A stretch of DNA of 64,000 nt. Origin: an uncultured delta proteobacterium (GTDB lineage Bacteria > Desulfobacterota > BSN033 > UBA1163). Position 1 is the first letter of the stretch. Each line of letters begins with the position of its first letter. Below the pieces are notes generated by a model, which worked only from the letters and a program-made list of their open reading frames with translations, made no database searches and was not told the DNA's origin. The translations under genes and the position numbers were made by a program. Positions 59,781-64,000 of this stretch are shown here, piece after piece. Location: positions 32,001 to 96,000 of the forward strand of contig CAVPSJ010000017.1 in the NCBI GenBank assembly GCA_963708295.1. Direction: 5' to 3'.

Positions 59781-61266
59781 ATGGACGAGACGAGTGAACT
59801 GATCCAGCAGAGGATCAAGAAACTGGAGGCCCTGAGAAAGGACGCAATCGATCCTTATCCAAATGATTTCAGGGTGACCCATACCTCCAGAGACCTTCAC
59901 GGGACCTATGGCTCGCTCTCTGATGAGGAGTTGAAATCAGTCGAAGAGACCTTCTGCCTCGCGGGTCGGATCATGGCCCTCCGTAACTTCGGGAAGGCCA
60001 GCTTTATCCAAATCCAGGACCGAAAGGGGAGAATCCAGGCTTACCTGCGAAAGGATTTTGTCGGCGATGCCGCTTTTCAACTTTTTAAAACACTCGATCT
60101 CGGAGATTTTATCGGGGTCGAGGGAAAAATCTTTCGGACGAAGACGGGTGAACTCACCCTCCAGGCTCAGAACTTCAAGCTTCTCGTGAAGTCTCTTCGG
60201 CCTCTTCCCGAGAAATGGCACGGTTTGACCGACATCGAAGCCCGTTATCGTCAACGTTATTTAGATCTGATTGTGAATCCCAGGGTCAAAGAGATTTTCC
60301 TCACGCGGAGCCAAGGCCATTCAAATGATTCGAGACTTCTTTACCCGCCGGGAATATACGGAGGTGGAGACTCCGATGCTTCACCCGATTCCCGGAGGCG
60401 CGACTGCCAAGCCTTTTAAGACCCACCATAATGCCCTCGACATGGAACTCTATCTGCGAGTCGCTCCCGAACTCTTCCTCAAACGATTAGTGATCGGAGG
60501 ACTCGAAAGGATCTTCGAGATCAATCGCTGTTTTCGGAACGAAGGGATCTCCACGCTGCACAATCCCGAATTCACCATGCTCGAGTTCTACCAGAGTTAT
60601 GCGACCTTTGAAGAGATGATCAAAATGACGGAGGAGCTTCTCTCCTCCATTGTCAAAGAAATTCATGGCGGACTCCACCTTCCCTACCAGGGGAGGGAGA
60701 TCGATTTCACCCCTCCGTGGAGAAGGATCCTCTACAAAGATTCGCTTTTGGAATATGGAAAGGTTGATCCGGTGATCATGAAGGAGCCCTCCCGCGCGAT
60801 CGAATTAGCCAAGAGCCTCGGCCTTGAACTGAGACGGGGAACCTCCCATGGGAAGGTTCTCGACGATCTCTTTAAGGAACTCGTCGAGCCCCATCTCGTT
60901 CAACCGACGTTTGTGACTCATTACCCCACCGAGGTCTCCCCCCTCTCCCGCCGGAACGGGAAGGATCCCGAGGTGGTCGATCGATTCGAGCTCTTCATCG
61001 CCGGGCGGGAAATCGCCAACGGTTTCTCTGAATTGAATGACCCTGTGGATCAACGGGAACGCTTTGTCCGGCAGCTGAAGGAGCGTGCCGATGAGGCCGA
61101 TGCGGTTCTCAACCTCGACGAGGACTTTCTTCGGGCTCTCGAATTCGGAATGCCTCCGACGGCCGGCGAAGGAATTGGGATTGATCGCTGGGTCATGCTC
61201 CTCACCGATGCGCCTTCCATCCGAGACGTCATCTTCTTCCCCTTACTTCGAACGGAGAAACCCTAA
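59781..61266 (+). CDS. lysS: Lysyl-tRNA synthetase (class II), frameshift near 60310
   Basis: LPEKWHGL..RYRQRYLDL, GGATAKPF, FRNEG, GMPPTAGEGIGIDR. Confidence 0.95.
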
Positions 61267-61372
61267 GGGATTGATCGGGGAATGAAGGGATTCGTTTCTT
61301 TGAAGTATTCAGGAGATTGAGGAAAAGGGGATATAACCCAAAATTCCTCAATTCTCAGATTCGGGAACCCAT

Positions 61373-62624
61373 ATGAAGTATGAGTGGTTTATCGGCCTGA
61401 GGTATCTCAAGGCCAAAAGAAAACAGACCTTCATCTCGATCATCACGATCATCTCCATCGTCGGGGTCGCCGTAGGGGTCATGGCCCTGATCATCGTTCT
61501 GGCCGTGATGAGCGGCTTCGAAAAGACCCTCAAGGAAAAAATCCTGGGTACCCAGGCCCACCTCGTTGTGCTAAAGGCCGGTCCGGAAGGCATGGATCAT
61601 TACGAAGAGGTGTTGAAACAGGTTCAGGAGGTGAAAGGCGTCGTCTCCGCCGCCCCGTTCATTTTCAATCAGGTCATGCTCTCATCAGAAGCCAATGTCA
61701 CCGGCGGGGTGGTAAAAGGCATCGATCCGGATCGAGTGGGAAAAGTCACCGAATTGGCCCACAACATGAAGACCGGCCGTCTTCAAGACCTGAAGGGAGA
61801 TGGCGACTTCTCCGGGCATTGTCCTCGGGGTGGAATTAGCGAAGCATCTCGGTGTCTCACTCAACGATGTAATCCAGGTGATCTCCCCTCTCGGGACCAT
61901 CACCCCCATGGGGATGATGCCCAAGATGAAGCGGTTTCGTGTCGTGGGCATCTTTTACTCGGGAATGTACGAGTATGACAACACCATGGCCTATCTTTCC
62001 ATCGGAGGGGCCCAGAAGTTCTTCGGCATGGGAGCTCGTGTCACGGGCATCGAGATCAAAACCATCGATCTCTATAAAGTGAAAGAGATCGGCAGGGCGA
62101 TCCGGAAAAAGCTGGGATTTCCTTTCTGGACCAAGGACTGGATGGAGATGAACAGAAATCTCTTCTCTGCCCTGAGGCTGGAGAAGATCGCCATGTTCAT
62201 CATTCTCGTCTTGATCGTTTTAGTGGCCGCCTTCAACATCATCTCCACGCTCATCATGGTGGTCATGGAGAAGCATAAGGATATTGCCATTCTAAAATCC
62301 ATGGGGGCCTCCTCCATGGGGATCTTGAAGATCTTTATCATCGAAGGCGGGGTGATCGGCGTCGTCGGAACATTCATCGGGGCGATGCTCGGGCTTTTGG
62401 CTGCCTTCAATTTGGAGAAGATCACAGGGTTTGTTGAAAACTTATTCGGATTTAAGATTCTTGCGAGCGATGTCTACTATATTGATAAACTCCCTTCCCA
62501 GGTGAATCCTGTCGATATCACACTGATCGTGATGACGGCGATTCTCATCAGTCTCCTGGCGACCCTGTATCCTTCCTGGAGGGCGTCGAAGCTCGACCCT
62601 GCCGAGGCACTGCGATATGAATAA
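61373..62624 (+). CDS. lolE: Lipoprotein-releasing ABC permease LolC/E, frameshift near 61810
   Basis: [41 protein letters not shown]. Confidence 0.9.
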
Positions 62625-63796
62625 GAAAAAGATGTCTTTGAAGTCAAAGGCCCAGCTCGCCCTCTCGCGGGGGGAATGGAAAAAGGCGCTCGAATGCTTC
62701 CGGGGTCATTGCCTCAAGGAACCGAGGGACCTTCGGGCACGGCTCAAGGTAGCCGAACTGCTGGAGCGGTTGGGTCAGAAGGAAGAGGCCGTCCAGATGT
62801 TCCGAAAAGTGGCCGAGGGCTATGCTTCGGATGGTTTTATTCTTCAAGCCATCTCCGTCAACAAGATGATCTTAAGGATGAATCCTTCCTCGAAAGACGC
62901 GAGTGAACGGTTGGCGCAACTTTATTCGGAAAAAATCAGAGAGGCAAAACCCGCCCGTCCGTTTCCACCACTCCCGCTCTTCCCCGACCTCCAGAAGGAG
63001 GAACTCCAATCCTTCCTCTCCTATATCCGGAGCAAAACCTATCCCAAAGACGCCCTGGTCTGCCAAGAGGGAGAAGGAGGGGGATCCCTCTTCGTCATCA
63101 GTCGGGGAGAGGTCGCGATTTTCAAGCGGGCGCCGGGGGGGAGAGGGATCCGGGTTGGAAACCTCAAGGATGGGGATTTGTTCGGAGAGTTCGGGTTTTT
63201 CATCGATCAAAAAAGACACGCCACCGTCAAGACCATGACCACCTGTGAACTCCTGGAGATCTCCAGAAATGGATTCCGTGAGATGGTCAAGGTTCACCCG
63301 AGATTGAATGAGGTGCTCCAGAACCTTTTCAAAGAACGCGTACTGGACAACTTCCTCGCCCTCTCTCCTTTATTCTCTTCCCTCACTTTTGACGAAAGAA
63401 GGAAGGTGATGGAGCGGTTTCATCTTCGCCGGGCCCCGGAGGGGACCCTGCTCTTCAAGAGGGGGATCCTTCCGCCTCATCTTTATGGTGAGAAATGGAG
63501 AAGTGGAGATCTTTACTCAAAACGGTCGCGGGAAAAAAGTAAGATTGGCACTCCTGCAAAGCGGAAATATTTTCGGTGAGATCGGGCTTCTCTTCGACAG
63601 GCCCCGGATGGCCAGTGCGAGGACCACCCGTCCTACAAAATTGTTTGAAATCACCCAGGAGGATTTTAAAGCCTGCCTTCTCCAAATCCCCAGCCTTCGG
63701 GTGAAACTCAAAGCTGTTTCTCTGAAGCGCCTCTCTCGGACGAAGGAACTTCTTTCCCAAGAAGCCATTCAAAAGGCGAGGGAGGCGATGGTTTGA
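62617..63796 (+). CDS. TPR plus two cyclic-nucleotide-binding domains, frameshift near 63470
   Basis: N-terminal TPR; GDLFGE...RHATV and GNIFGE...RMASA. Confidence 0.85.
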
Positions 63797-64000
63797 AAGA
63801 ATTGGTTGAAGTCCAGAAAATTTTTAAGTCCTATGGAAACGGAACCAAACGCGTGGAGGTTCTCAAGGGGGTCGATCTCGTTTTTTCTCGGGGAGAGAAG
63901 GCTGCCATCGTCGGTGCCTCCGGCGTTGGGAAGACAACCCTTCTTCATGTCCTGGGCACGCTCGATCGACCGACGGCCGGGAAGGTCCTCTTTGAGGGAA
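63793..64000 (+). CDS. lolD: Lipoprotein-releasing ABC ATPase (partial)
   Basis: VLKGVDL...[21 protein letters not shown] Walker A; runs off the window. Confidence 0.85.
   Translation, partial: MKELVEVQKIFKSYGNGTKRVEVLKGVDLVFSRGEKAAIVGASGVGKTTLLHVLGTLDRPTAGKVLFEG

Noticed and set aside
60300-60330. Possible programmed frameshift or pseudogene in lysS
   Set aside because: lysS is essential and I saw no slippery site. Similar indels occur in crt, the Bzd-like genes, resB, HDAC, lolE and the cNMP gene, which points to long-read errors.

Overview
The window looks like a chromosomal segment of an anaerobic deltaproteobacterium (Desulfobacterota/Syntrophales-like; this taxonomy is inferred from gene content) and has two parts. 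(1) 1-22.9 kb is an accessory region of about 20 unrelated, mostly single genes. Nearly all lie on the minus strand and many have their own TTGACA promoter. They are separated by at least 12 copies of a 100-200 bp non-coding element built from degenerate ~23-bp units with strictly conserved motif spacing. Several copies abut integron attC relics, one is interrupted by an IS110 relic, and one truncates a gene. No recombinase gene is in the window. This cassette-like array is the most interesting signal. (2) 23-64 kb is housekeeping and anaerobic metabolism: pdxA, thiolase-crotonase-EtfBA, rhodanese-yedF-selD (selD has an in-frame UGA/Sec), a TPR lipoprotein, DsbC, two response regulators, a four-gene class I benzoyl-CoA reductase/2-hydroxyacyl-CoA dehydratase-like cluster, tetraheme cytochrome c3 with ResB, IHF/HU, an HDAC-family protein, an OBG/TGS GTPase, Nth, rimO, lysS and lolE/lolD, plus MITE-like and heptamer repeats. 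Many short frameshifts, including in essential genes, suggest long-read indel errors. All calls come from reading the sequence by eye; no searches were run.
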